Source: an uncultured delta proteobacterium
Lineage (GTDB): Bacteria; Desulfobacterota; Binatia; HRBIN30; BPIQ01
Assembly (NCBI GenBank): GCA_963761335.1
Contig: CAVXGR010000012.1
Span: 790,602-854,601 of the forward strand
DNA length: 64,000 bases
Reading direction: 5' to 3'
The position numbers were made by a program, and so were the translations under genes. Under the pieces are notes generated by a model. The model was not told where the DNA came from. It was given only the letters and a program-made list of their open reading frames with translations, and searched no databases. How positions within the stretch are numbered: the first letter of the stretch is position 1; each line of letters starts with the position of its first letter. Shown here in pieces: positions 31,009 through 40,746 of this stretch.

Positions 31009-32198
31009 CGGCTCGTCCCCGCCGCTGGCGTCAGGCCGCGGTAGATGTCGAGCAGGCGCGGACAGACGACACTGCGATCATAGAGGCGGCGCACCAGCTC
31101 ACGGCCGTTGCGCCCCAGGGTCGCCGCCAGCGGCCGATCTTCCAGGAGCCGCAGGGTCGCCTCGGCGAACGATTGCGGGTCGTCGGCCACCAAGAGGTCC
31201 CTGCCCGCCTGCGCCGCAATCCCGTTGCAGCCCATGCTGGTGCTCACCACCGGAAGCTCCTGCGCCAGTGCCTCCAGAATCTTCACGCGCATGCCGCCGC
31301 CGGCGAGCAAGGGGACAATGAAGACCCCGGCCCGCCCCAGGTGCTCGCCGAGGTCGGCGACGTAGCCGGTGACCTCGACGCCGCCGGCGCGGCGAGCGGC
31401 GCGGCGGAGAAGACGCGGCGGTCGGGCGCCGATCACCTCGAGCACCGCCGCCGGCCGGCGGCGGCGAATGCGGGGTAGCACTCGGTCGATGAACCAGAGC
31501 ACGCCATCGACGTTGGGCGGCCAGTACATCGTGCCGACGTGCACGATGCGATCCGCATCCGGGGATGGCTCCACGGGCGCGACCTCGGCGGTGTCGACCG
31601 CGATGGGGACGAGCCGCGCGTTGGTGCCGGCACCGAGCGCCTCGAGATCCTCCTCGTTCACCGCCAGCACCAGATCGAACTCGCGGCATACGGCGCGCTC
31701 GTAGGACTGCAGCAGCCGCCACTCGCGCGCCAGCAGAGTGCGCCGCAGCCCGCGGCTGGTCTCGGCAAGGCGCTTGTAGAGCAACCACAGCGCGTTGTGG
31801 GCATCGAGGACCTTCACCGCGGCAGACACCCGCTGCGCATACGGCACCATGTTGAGCTGATCGGCATGAACGACGTCGAAGCGGTCCTGCGCGGCCACGC
31901 GGTCCACCAGGCGGCGCATCGCCAGGCGTTGGTCGCGGCGCATGAGAAAAGGCTGATCGCGCAACAGGCTCGACAGCAGGTAGCCGGCGTCGCCGGCCGT
32001 CGTGCGGCGCATCGGGGACGTGTGCACGCGACAGTACTGCCGCAGCGCCCCGACCTGCGCAGCCGACTCGCCACGGGCGAACGACACCAGCGTCAGCTCG
32101 TGCTCGCGCGCCAGGCACTTGATGGTGTTCCACGTCTTCACCTTGGGGCCGCTGTCCGGAGGGTACGGCAGCACCTGGGTCAGAAGCAGAACTTTCAC
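31005..32198 (-). CDS. Glycosyltransferase family 4
   Basis: PYPPDSG, DAHN, WPPNVDG, GGMRVKILEA. Confidence 0.9.
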   Translation of the reverse strand: MKVLLLTQVLPYPPDSGPKVKTWNTIKCLAREHELTLVSFARGESAAQVGALRQYCRVHTSPMRRTTAGDAGYLLSSLLRDQPFLMRRDQRLAMRRLVDRVAAQDRFDVVHADQLNMVPYAQRVSAAVKVLDAHNALWLLYKRLAETSRGLRRTLLAREWRLLQSYERAVCREFDLVLAVNEEDLEALGAGTNARLVPIAVDTAEVAPVEPSPDADRIVHVGTMYWPPNVDGVLWFIDRVLPRIRRRRPAAVLEVIGARPPRLLRRAARRAGGVEVTGYVADLGEHLGRAGVFIVPLLAGGGMRVKILEALAQELPVVSTSMGCNGIAAQAGRDLLVADDPQSFAEATLRLLEDRPLAATLGRNGRELVRRLYDRSVVCPRLLDIYRGLTPAAGTSR

Positions 32199-32217
32199 GT
32201 GGGTTCGCTCCGGAAGC

Positions 32218-33210
32218 TCACAGACGCGGCAGGCTGCGGAGGAGCTGCTGCAGCCCGAGGCGCTTGCCGGCGGCCACGGAATCACCGCGCCGTCCCCACG
32301 GCAACGCCAGGCGCAGAACGCAGTTCAGGCCGATCAGCAGCTTGACCACTCGCGCCGCCGCGGCGCCGTGGTGCTTGCGGAAGAATTGGAGTCGGCTCTC
32401 GTACAGGCGGAGGATGGTCTCCGCGGGGACCCGACGGCTGCTCCCACCCCACAGGTGCACCGCCTCGGCGCGCGGAGTGTAGTAGACGACCCAGCCGCGC
32501 TGCTTGAACCGATAGCACCAGTCTACCTCCTCCGAGTACATGAAATAGCTCTCGTCGAGCAGCCCGGTCTCCTCGACCGCGGCGCGGCGCACCATCATGA
32601 AGGCGCCCATGACCGCGTCGACCGCTCGAGTTGTTTGCGTGTCCGGAGAGACGAGATTCCGCCGCCACAGCTTGTGCATGCCGATGGCGATGCCGAGCTC
32701 GGAGAGAAGGGTCGGGAATTCCATCCACGACTGCTGCAGGCGCCCGTCCCCGTAGCGCAGCTTGCAACCGGCGACGCCGGCGTCCGGGTGTGCGTCCATG
32801 AACTCGGCGACCTCGTCGACAGCGGCGGCGGTGGCGAAGGTGTCGCTGTTGAGCAGCAGGAGGTAACGGCCGCGGGCGCAGCGGATTGCCTGGTTGTTGG
32901 CAGCCGCAAAGCCGCGGTTCTCAGCATTGCTGATGAGCCTGACGCGCGGAAAGTCGCCGCGAACCATATCGGCGCTGCCGTCGGCGGAGCCGTTGTCGAC
33001 AACCAGGATCTCGGCTGTGTGCCGCCCCGCGGGGGCGCTCACGGTGGCGAGGCAGCGGCGCAGCAGATCGCGCGTGTTCCAGCTGACGACAACGATGCTG
33101 ACATCGAGGTCGGCCGCGTCTGCGGGCGAGGTCACGCTCTCTCCGGCGTCAGGGCATCCCCGAACGGGACGCGGGAGCCCGATCCGAGATTCGCGCGCGT
33201 CGCTCTCCAC
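32218..33210 (-). CDS. Glycosyltransferase family 2 (WbbL-like)
   Basis: VVSWNT, NRGFAAANN, LNSD, FMYSEEVD. Confidence 0.9.
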   Translation of the reverse strand: MESDARESRIGLPRPVRGCPDAGESVTSPADAADLDVSIVVVSWNTRDLLRRCLATVSAPAGRHTAEILVVDNGSADGSADMVRGDFPRVRLISNAENRGFAAANNQAIRCARGRYLLLLNSDTFATAAAVDEVAEFMDAHPDAGVAGCKLRYGDGRLQQSWMEFPTLLSELGIAIGMHKLWRRNLVSPDTQTTRAVDAVMGAFMMVRRAAVEETGLLDESYFMYSEEVDWCYRFKQRGWVVYYTPRAEAVHLWGGSSRRVPAETILRLYESRLQFFRKHHGAAAARVVKLLIGLNCVLRLALPWGRRGDSVAAGKRLGLQQLLRSLPRL

Positions 33211-33329
33211 ACGGCCCCAGCGTTTGCCGCAACAACGATGTCCTCGTCAACGGCTCGGCTCCGGAACGACGAAAAAAAAGGCGGGATGGCTCACGCCACC
33301 CCGCCTCTATCTCGGATCGTCTGCGCGGC

Positions 33330-34007
33330 TCAGTCGGACCAGCGGCGACGGCGCAGGGCGAAGAAGGCCAAGCCAGCGAGCAGGCCCAGTGCGGCGAGCC
33401 AACCAACCGGCGACAGGGCCGGTGCCGGCTGCCCGCAGATCAGCGGAATGTTGTTGTCGATGACGCCGACGTCGTTGATGTCGAGCTGGATCGTCGTGTA
33501 CCAGGGGGTGCATCCCGGCGCGGTCAGGAAGCCGGGGTTGAGGGCGTCAACCGGGTTGCCGACGTCCGCCAGCGGGTTGGGATTGATGATCCCCAGGTCC
33601 GGACAGCTCAGGTCCAGGGTGCAACCTTGCGGCACCTGGAAAGACAGAGTGATGGTGCCCGGCCTGTCGGTCTGGAACTGGAAGCAGCCGGCCTGTGGCG
33701 CCGGCAGTGTGGTGATGACGGCGCCCGGCTGGCTCGGGGTGACTGTTCCTCCCGGAATGATCTGTCCGGTGTTGACGTCGTAGAAGCAACCGCTCGGATC
33801 GTAGTCGTTGGGACGCGGGTCGACGGAATCCGGGACCCCATCGCCATCGGCGTCTGCACCGGGCTGCGGCCCGTAGACTTGGGCGAAGGCCTTCCAGCTG
33901 AAGGTGCTGCTGTGGATGCCGACGACCTGCACCAAAAAGAAGCCGTTCAGCACCACGAAGACAACGGCAATTCCGATCTCTTTCCAGTAGCTTCCGAGTT
34001 TTCTCAT
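33330..34007 (-). CDS. Surface protein with IPTL-CTERM-like sorting signal
   Basis: C-terminal APALS, TM helix and RRRR; DADGDGVPD motif. Confidence 0.75.
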   Translation of the reverse strand: MRKLGSYWKEIGIAVVFVVLNGFFLVQVVGIHSSTFSWKAFAQVYGPQPGADADGDGVPDSVDPRPNDYDPSGCFYDVNTGQIIPGGTVTPSQPGAVITTLPAPQAGCFQFQTDRPGTITLSFQVPQGCTLDLSCPDLGIINPNPLADVGNPVDALNPGFLTAPGCTPWYTTIQLDINDVGVIDNNIPLICGQPAPALSPVGWLAALGLLAGLAFFALRRRRWSD

Positions 34008-34178
34008 GAGTCCTCGCACCACCTACCAGGGCCAGCTGTGGCCAGTTTCTCCGCCAGTAATTGTACCGGCTCCCCCAATACGCCCCCTGGCGGCATCAGT
34101 CAAGTGCAAAAGGGACAGCTCTCGCTTGCGAGGCCGAGGGACGAATCGGCCGGGGTCGAGTCGAGGCCGGGAAGCAGG

Positions 34179-35255
34179 CTACGGCAGCCGCAGGATGTCC
34201 GTCCCGGGGCTGTCGCCCTGGTAGTGAAGGTTCATCGCCGAGCTGTGGACACCGTGGATGTCGTAATAGGCGCCGACGAGACCGCGGTTGTCCGTCCCCA
34301 CCCCACGGATTCTAGTCTGCCCGGTAAGCGTCCCCGAGACGAAGACGCTGAAAATCGACCGGTCGGCGCGCGTGGTGTCGATGCTCGACAGCGGCAGGAC
34401 CCCGAAGCAGTCGATGGGGGTGCTCGTCGACAAGCGCTGCTCGAACTCGTTGAACACCAGGAACTGGACCGTGATACGCGTCAGGTTCTGGTCCTGCTTG
34501 ACGAAGTCCTCCGCGCACGGAGCCAAGACCACGGCGCCCCTGACCTCTTGGCCGCTCACCGGGTCGGTCGCGAAGTCGAAGAACTGATCCATCACCAGTG
34601 TCTGCGGACAGGCGGTATACTCCTCGCCGATGACGAGGCGATTGTCTCCGTCGTTGGCGCCGGGGATCGCCTGGATGCCGACGGCGTCCAGCCGGGTGAC
34701 GTCCAAGAAGCTACCACTCCCAAGGACCTGCACGTTGGTCAGCGAGCCGACCAAGGCGTTGTTGTCGGTGGGGTGCATCTGGTCGTCGACGACGACGCAC
34801 TTCAGCTCGCCCAGGAAGGGCGCGTGCATCGGCGGCACGCGGGTGCCGCCGTTGTTGCTGCCGTCGCTCCCCTGCCGGAAGATGCCGTCGATGGGCGCCT
34901 GCGCCAAGCCGTCGCTCACCCGCCAGGCCATCGGCTGCTGCGGGGTGAGTTGGATGTAGAAATCCGTCTCGTTCCACGCCGGAATGCACTGCCCCACACC
35001 GCACTGATTGCTGACCGTGCAGGCCGCGCCGCTGTTGCTGCAGTAGCCGACGGTATTCACGTAGAAGCAGCGCGCCGCCACCGGATCGCCGGTGGTGTTG
35101 CTGATCTGCACGTAGGTGTCGATGCTGGCGACGTCCGACACCAGGAGCGACGGATAGATCAACAGGGCCGCCGCCCGATCCGAAGCGATCTCCGCCCGCG
35201 CCACGTGGGCGCCGAGCGCCAGCCCAACCACCGCAAAAGCCACCAGGCGCTTCAT
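34179..35255 (-). CDS. Secreted Cys-containing hypothetical protein
   Basis: Signal peptide ending ARA; coherent 358-aa ORF. Confidence 0.8.
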   Translation of the reverse strand: MKRLVAFAVVGLALGAHVARAEIASDRAAALLIYPSLLVSDVASIDTYVQISNTTGDPVAARCFYVNTVGYCSNSGAACTVSNQCGVGQCIPAWNETDFYIQLTPQQPMAWRVSDGLAQAPIDGIFRQGSDGSNNGGTRVPPMHAPFLGELKCVVVDDQMHPTDNNALVGSLTNVQVLGSGSFLDVTRLDAVGIQAIPGANDGDNRLVIGEEYTACPQTLVMDQFFDFATDPVSGQEVRGAVVLAPCAEDFVKQDQNLTRITVQFLVFNEFEQRLSTSTPIDCFGVLPLSSIDTTRADRSIFSVFVSGTLTGQTRIRGVGTDNRGLVGAYYDIHGVHSSAMNLHYQGDSPGTDILRLP

Positions 35256-35449
35256 GGAAACTCCGTCGCGCCGCCTTCGCGACGCAGCTCATTGGTGATC
35301 CCGGGAACAGCCATGTAGGGAGTCGCAAATGCCTCCGCCCGAAACACGGGCGCAACGACGCCAAACAGGTCGGCAAGAATCAACCAATTGAGGACGACCA
35401 CCACGAAAGCGATCACCAAAGTCTTCCAGCCGCTCATCAACATTCGCAT
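35252..35449 (-). CDS. Small membrane protein resembling the N-terminus of 33330..34007
   Basis: Shared WK..IA.V.VVLN...G...F...AFA..Y pattern; overlaps the next start. Confidence 0.55.
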   Translation of the reverse strand: MRMLMSGWKTLVIAFVVVVLNWLILADLFGVVAPVFRAEAFATPYMAVPGITNELRREGGATEFP

Positions 35450-35706
35450 CGACTCACCCGGTCACGCCCCGCACCTGGCGACGGTTGCCTGGACCATTCC
35501 CCTCCCCTTGGCCTCGGACGGGAAGCCCGTGAATTTTACGCGCCGTTCGTACTCGTCTTGCGGTCACCTGTCAAGGACGAAATACGCGCTGCGGGACAAA
35601 ACAGCTTGCGCCATGCGGGGTGCGCTCTATAGGATGGAAGCTCCAGAGAACCCCAAGAGCAACCCACCCCGCCGCCACCGGCGGCGATGCCCTACGGAGG
35701 TGAACC

Positions 35707-38700
35707 ATGCAGTTCCCATCCCGACAGCTATTGGGCGCCACCCTCGGTTGCTGGGCGCTTCTGCTCGGCGCCTGGGCGCAGGCGCAAGTGAATACCGGCA
35801 TGGACGCTTCCGCTCGCGACTTCGTCGCCTGTAACGGCCGGGCGGGATTTCGCACCTCCGAGGCGCAACAGGCCGCCACCGACCTGAACGGCGACTCGGA
35901 TGCGTTCGACCTCGTCCTCCAGATCGTCGACCTCGGCAGCGGCGCCATCACCAACGTGGCCAAGGATGCCAGCGGAGCACTGGCATGCGGCGGCGACCGC
36001 TTTGCCTTCGGCGTCTCGGAAGCGGCGCAGGGCGCCGACCTGGACGGCGATGGAGACATGAGCGACATCGTCCTCCACATCTACGACGCCGCCACCGCGA
36101 CTCTGACCAACACCGGGCGGCCGGTCAGCGCTGTCGCCGCCTCGGCCGATCTGGTGGCCTTCACCGTTCCGGAGGCCTCCCAAGGCACCAGCGGGACCGA
36201 TCTGAACGGCGACGGTGACACGCTCGATCAGGTTCTCTTCGTCTTCGACCCGGGCACCTCGACGGTCACCAATGTCGGTCAGGCGGCTCTCCCCGACTTT
36301 CAGGTCTCCGGCTCGGCAGTTGCCTTCCGCACCCCCGAGTCGGCACAGAACGACACCGACCTGAACGGCGACGGCGACAAGGGGGATCCAGTCTTGCAGA
36401 TCTACGACGCGGCGACCGCAACCTTGACGAACACCGCCCTCGAATCCGAGCCCGGCTTCCGCTTCGCCAATGGGGTCGCTGCCTTCCTGGTGCGCGAGTC
36501 CAAACAGAGCGCCGTGCTGAATCCCCCGGACTCGGACCGCCGCGACCGCGTTCTCCACGTCTACTGCCTGAGCTCTGCCGCCTGTGCGGCCGCAGGCGCC
36601 GCCGACCTGGGCGTCGCCGTGCACGGCAACATCGCCATGTCGGGAGACCTGATCGCCGTGGGGGTGCGCGAGCGGGAGCAGAACCACACCGACCTGAATG
36701 GAGACGGCGACGTGAGCGACCGCGTCGTCCATGTGTATCGCATCAGCACCGGAACCCTGACCAACACCATGCTGGCAACCCGCGACGATCCGCAGATCGC
36801 CGGGGACACGGTCGCCATCAGCGTCCTCGAGCGGCGCCAGAACCACACCGATCTCAACGGCGACGGCGACTCCCGCGATCGCGTCGTCGAGCTGTACAAC
36901 GCCGGCAGCAGCACGGTGACGAACACGCATCGCGCCATCGGCTTCCACTGCCGCGCCGGCGCCATCGGCCAGAAGGGCGAATGCCTACAAGCCGCCAATG
37001 ACATCGTCGCCTTCGCCACCCGCGAGGGGTCACAGAACCGCACCGATCTCAACGGTGACGGCGACCACAACGATCTCGTCCTGGAGGTCTGGGAGATCTC
37101 CTCGGGAACCCTGATCAACCCCGGTGTCGCCATCGACCGGTATAGCGGCATACTCGTCGGCGATCACATCGTTGCCTTCCGCGCCAGTGAGCGCCGGCAG
37201 AGAACCGACCTGAACGGCGACGGCGATCTGCGCGACGACGCCATGACCGTCTTCAACGCCGCCAACGGCAGCACCACCATCCTCGGCCAGCAGGTGGAAA
37301 ATTTCTTCGCGGTCACCGGCGACACCGTCGTCTTCCGCACCAGCGAGCGGGCGCAGACCGCCGACCTGAACGGCGACTCGGATCGCAATGACGACGTCCT
37401 CCAGTACCACGTGTCCTTCGTGGGGCCGACGCCGACCCCCACCCAGACCCGCACGCCGACGGAGACCGGTACGGCGACGCAGACACAGACGATCACGCAG
37501 ACGGCGACCGTCACCGAGACGGTCACCGAGACCCCGGTGCCGACGCAGACTCAGACAACGACCCCAACCGCAACGGGCACCGAGACCCCGATCCCCACAG
37601 TGACGTTGACAGTCACCGAGACGCCGATCCCGACAGAGACGGCAACGATCACCGAGACACCGATCCCGACGCAGACGGGAACCATCACGGAGACGCCGAC
37701 GATCACGGAGACGCCGACGATCACGCCGACGGGGGCGCCGATCACCTGTCCGCAGGACTTTACCGTGCAGCTGGCGTCGGCCAGCGAGGCGCGCATTCAG
37801 ACGCTGGGTGTGGGTCTGTTCCCGACGACGGGGGGGTTGGCGCTGCAGGGGAGCCTGAGGGTGGAGGTTTCCTGCCCGGACGTGAACGGCATCGCCACCA
37901 TCACCATGCCCGCGGCCGATGCCGACCTCCAGCCGGTCGATCTCGGCGCGCTGGGCACGGCCTGCGTCGAGCTGAGCGCCGACGCCGTTGGGACAGTCGA
38001 TTGCGACGGTGGGACGACACCGGGGCCGGACTTCATCTTCACCAAGGATCACGATACCAACCCGGCGCACACGATTGCCGGCTCGCCGCCCGGCCTGCCG
38101 AACGATGCGGGGTGCGACGACGTCTTCACGTTCGGCGGCCTGCCTCCCTCGTATGCCTGCCTGGAAGGGACGAAGAGATGCCTGGGGGGCACGAACCTCG
38201 GCATGGTGTGCACGACGGATGCCGGCTGTCCGGGCTCGACCTGCGTGGCGTGCTCGAGCGGAACCCGTTCGAACAGCACCTGCGACAGCCCCACGGTGAT
38301 CACCGAGAGCGGCACGTTCCGGCCGGGAGAGATCGTTCTGACCACGGTGCAGAAGATCACGGTCCTGCCGCCGTCGGCGTACGGAGCCGACGGGATACCC
38401 TGCACGGCAGACGACGGCGCTCCGTCGCTGCCGCCGACCGAGTCCCCGGCGATCTTCAGCACGGGCCTCGTGCAGGCGAAGGTGTGGGACGCGACCACGG
38501 CGCAAAACGGGACGTTGAGCAAGAACAACCGCATCGACACCGGGTCGTTGACCTCGTGCGCGACGAATGCGGATTGCCCGTCCATCTGTATTGGGGGGAG
38601 CAACGCCGGTGGGCAGTGCTTCGTGGCCGGCGACTGTCCTGGAGGGAGCTGCCCGCGCACCCGGATCTGCATCGGGGGCACCAACAATCTCCATCCGTGC

Positions 38701-39024
38701 TTATACAACTCGGATTGCCCCGGCAGCGGCGCCTATTGCAACGACGTCGGCAATCTCCTGGAGACCTGCTACGAGGGCGATCCACCGCTCGGCGGGGGGG
38801 CGCAGACGCTGTGCGGCCCGGGACACGTGGAGCCGTGCTACTGCCGCGCCAAATGCGGCTCGGCGGGCTGCGTCAACGGGACCACGGGCAACCCGGGGAG
38901 CTGCGCGGCGATGTTCAGCGCCTCTCCCAGTCTGTCGGGGGTGGTCCTCGGCGGTGCCTTCCCGACGCTGGACTTCCAGCTCGGCGGCGACGCCGTCGTC
39001 TACTTCAACTTCGCCGTGCAGTGA
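35707..39024 (+). CDS. Large secreted protein: DLNGDGD repeats, Thr/Pro linker, Cys-rich C-terminus
   Basis: About 9 DL(N/D)GD repeats; TETP tract at ~37425..37740; three C.GG.N repeats. Confidence 0.85.
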   Translation: MQFPSRQLLGATLGCWALLLGAWAQAQVNTGMDASARDFVACNGRAGFRTSEAQQAATDLNGDSDAFDLVLQIVDLGSGAITNVAKDASGALACGGDRFAFGVSEAAQGADLDGDGDMSDIVLHIYDAATATLTNTGRPVSAVAASADLVAFTVPEASQGTSGTDLNGDGDTLDQVLFVFDPGTSTVTNVGQAALPDFQVSGSAVAFRTPESAQNDTDLNGDGDKGDPVLQIYDAATATLTNTALESEPGFRFANGVAAFLVRESKQSAVLNPPDSDRRDRVLHVYCLSSAACAAAGAADLGVAVHGNIAMSGDLIAVGVREREQNHTDLNGDGDVSDRVVHVYRISTGTLTNTMLATRDDPQIAGDTVAISVLERRQNHTDLNGDGDSRDRVVELYNAGSSTVTNTHRAIGFHCRAGAIGQKGECLQAANDIVAFATREGSQNRTDLNGDGDHNDLVLEVWEISSGTLINPGVAIDRYSGILVGDHIVAFRASERRQRTDLNGDGDLRDDAMTVFNAANGSTTILGQQVENFFAVTGDTVVFRTSERAQTADLNGDSDRNDDVLQYHVSFVGPTPTPTQTRTPTETGTATQTQTITQTATVTETVTETPVPTQTQTTTPTATGTETPIPTVTLTVTETPIPTETATITETPIPTQTGTITETPTITETPTITPTGAPITCPQDFTVQLASASEARIQTLGVGLFPTTGGLALQGSLRVEVSCPDVNGIATITMPAADADLQPVDLGALGTACVELSADAVGTVDCDGGTTPGPDFIFTKDHDTNPAHTIAGSPPGLPNDAGCDDVFTFGGLPPSYACLEGTKRCLGGTNLGMVCTTDAGCPGSTCVACSSGTRSNSTCDSPTVITESGTFRPGEIVLTTVQKITVLPPSAYGADGIPCTADDGAPSLPPTESPAIFSTGLVQAKVWDATTAQNGTLSKNNRIDTGSLTSCATNADCPSICIGGSNAGGQCFVAGDCPGGSCPRTRICIGGTNNLHPCLYNSDCPGSGAYCNDVGNLLETCYEGDPPLGGGAQTLCGPGHVEPCYCRAKCGSAGCVNGTTGNPGSCAAMFSASPSLSGVVLGGAFPTLDFQLGGDAVVYFNFAVQ

Positions 39025-39121
39025 TGCGTGCCGGTGCGGGAGAGCCGAGCGTTCCGGCTCCTCCGCACCGGGAAACGCTGCCATACGGGTCGGCTTGTCG
39101 CCGGCAAACCTCCGTACCCGG

Positions 39122-40246
39122 CTAATCGCGGTCGGGCAGCATTTCCTCGCGCAGCCTGCAGCGCTCCAGGTAAGTGCGGCGTACCAGGTCGGCGTCGCGC
39201 ACGAAGTGCTCGAGCTCGCTGAGCAGCAGCGCCTGCGGGCCATCGCACAGGGCCTCCTGCGGCCGCGGATGAAAATCGACCAGGACCATGTTGGCACCGG
39301 CGATGATCCCCTGCGCCGCCACGTGCTCGATGTCGAGAATGCCGTCGGACGAGGCGCTCTTCTTGCCGACGGAATGCGACGGGTCGACGCATACCGCCAG
39401 GCGGGTCAATCGCCGCACCACCGGAACGAGACCAAAGTCCACCAGGTTGCGATGCGGATCCCCGAGGTTCGACTTCACCCCGCGCAGGCAGAAGATGATC
39501 TTGTGGTTGCCGCTGGTCGCCAGGTACTCGCAGGCGTTCAGCGATTCGTCGAGAGTGATTCCCATGCCGCGCTTGAACAGAACGGGAAACTCGTCCTGCT
39601 GGCCGACCGTCTTCAGCAGCTCGAAGTTCTGGGCGTTGCGGGTGCCGATCTGCAACATCACGCCGGTGGGACGGCCGGCCCGATCGAGGGCGTGGCGAAT
39701 CTCCTCCACCTGGATCTCGTGGGTGACCTCCATGGCAATGACCCGAATCCCGTATTTTCCCGCCAGCTCGAAGAGGAAGGACAGGCACTTGGCGCCGTGC
39801 CCCTGGAAATCGTAGGGGCTGGTGCGCGGCTTGTACGCTCCGGCGCGCGTGGTGGTGATGCCGAGGTCGCGCAGGGCGCGGAACATCTCCTCCACGTTCT
39901 GCGGCGTGTCGACGGCGCACAGTCCGGGAAAGACGTGAAAGGTGTGCTGTCCGAAATCGACGCCGCCGTACTCGAAGCCGATGGCTTCCACCTGCCCCTC
40001 GTGGCGGCCGATGGAGCGATAGCGCTCGCGGATACGGATGACCTTCTCCACCGCTTGGAACTCTTCGAAAGGTTCCAGCGGGATCGACGCCGTCGATCCC
40101 AGAAGGTAGATCTCGGTGAGCACTCGAGTGGTGCCCTGGATCTTGCGCACCTCGGCGCGCACGTCGGGGTAGCGCTCGGCGACGCTAACTACCTGTGCCA
40201 CCTCCGGCGACTCCGGCAGGATATCCGACTTCATGACGATGATCAT
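39122..40246 (-). CDS. DAHP synthase, class I-beta
   Basis: RAGAYKPRTSPYDFQG, QIGTRNAQNF, DPSHS, CDGPQ. Confidence 0.92.
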   Translation of the reverse strand: MIIVMKSDILPESPEVAQVVSVAERYPDVRAEVRKIQGTTRVLTEIYLLGSTASIPLEPFEEFQAVEKVIRIRERYRSIGRHEGQVEAIGFEYGGVDFGQHTFHVFPGLCAVDTPQNVEEMFRALRDLGITTTRAGAYKPRTSPYDFQGHGAKCLSFLFELAGKYGIRVIAMEVTHEIQVEEIRHALDRAGRPTGVMLQIGTRNAQNFELLKTVGQQDEFPVLFKRGMGITLDESLNACEYLATSGNHKIIFCLRGVKSNLGDPHRNLVDFGLVPVVRRLTRLAVCVDPSHSVGKKSASSDGILDIEHVAAQGIIAGANMVLVDFHPRPQEALCDGPQALLLSELEHFVRDADLVRRTYLERCRLREEMLPDRD

Positions 40247-40746
40247 TGATTCTCCCTATCGCCTCGAGAGTCGACGAACGGCCCCGGGGTGTTCTCCGTC
40301 GCCGCCCTCTCCTCCGGGCTGCTCCAGCTCCTCAACCACGCGTCCGAGAGGCTGTCGAGATCGGCCGCCAGACCTTCCCCACCCGGCTTCCCGTCGGCGC
40401 CATTGGAGCGAATGACGAAGGTGCGGCCGTCGCTGACGAAAATGTAGGGGTGGCCCCACGGATCGAGCGGAATGGCGGGAAAATATCCCTGCGGGTCGTA
40501 GGAGGCGCACAGACTCTCGCCGCCATGCCCGGCGACCAGCACGCCCAGCCCCTGCTCGGTCGTGGGGAAGAAGGTGCAATCCCGTTTGAAGAGGTGCAGT
40601 GCCACCGCCAGACCGCGTATGTCGGCTACGGCCCGCATCGAGGCCGTCGGCGGCGGCACCGACTCCTCGCCCGGGGGACCGAACCACCACACCCCGGCGA
40701 TGAGCACGGCCGCCACGATCAGCAGCGCGCCGAGGCGAGCGTTCAT
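40243..40746 (-). CDS. GspG-like pseudopilin-domain protein
   Basis: FPTTEQGL, DPWGHPY, SNGADGKPGG; no prepilin G/F motif. Confidence 0.7.
   Translation of the reverse strand: MNARLGALLIVAAVLIAGVWWFGPPGEESVPPPTASMRAVADIRGLAVALHLFKRDCTFFPTTEQGLGVLVAGHGGESLCASYDPQGYFPAIPLDPWGHPYIFVSDGRTFVIRSNGADGKPGGEGLAADLDSLSDAWLRSWSSPEERAATENTPGPFVDSRGDRENQ

Noticed and set aside
37425..37740. CRISPR-like short repeats
   Set aside because: Coding Thr/Pro linker; no spacers or cas genes
40243..40746. Type II secretion system locus
   Set aside because: A single GspG-like gene without a prepilin motif; no other T2SS genes nearby
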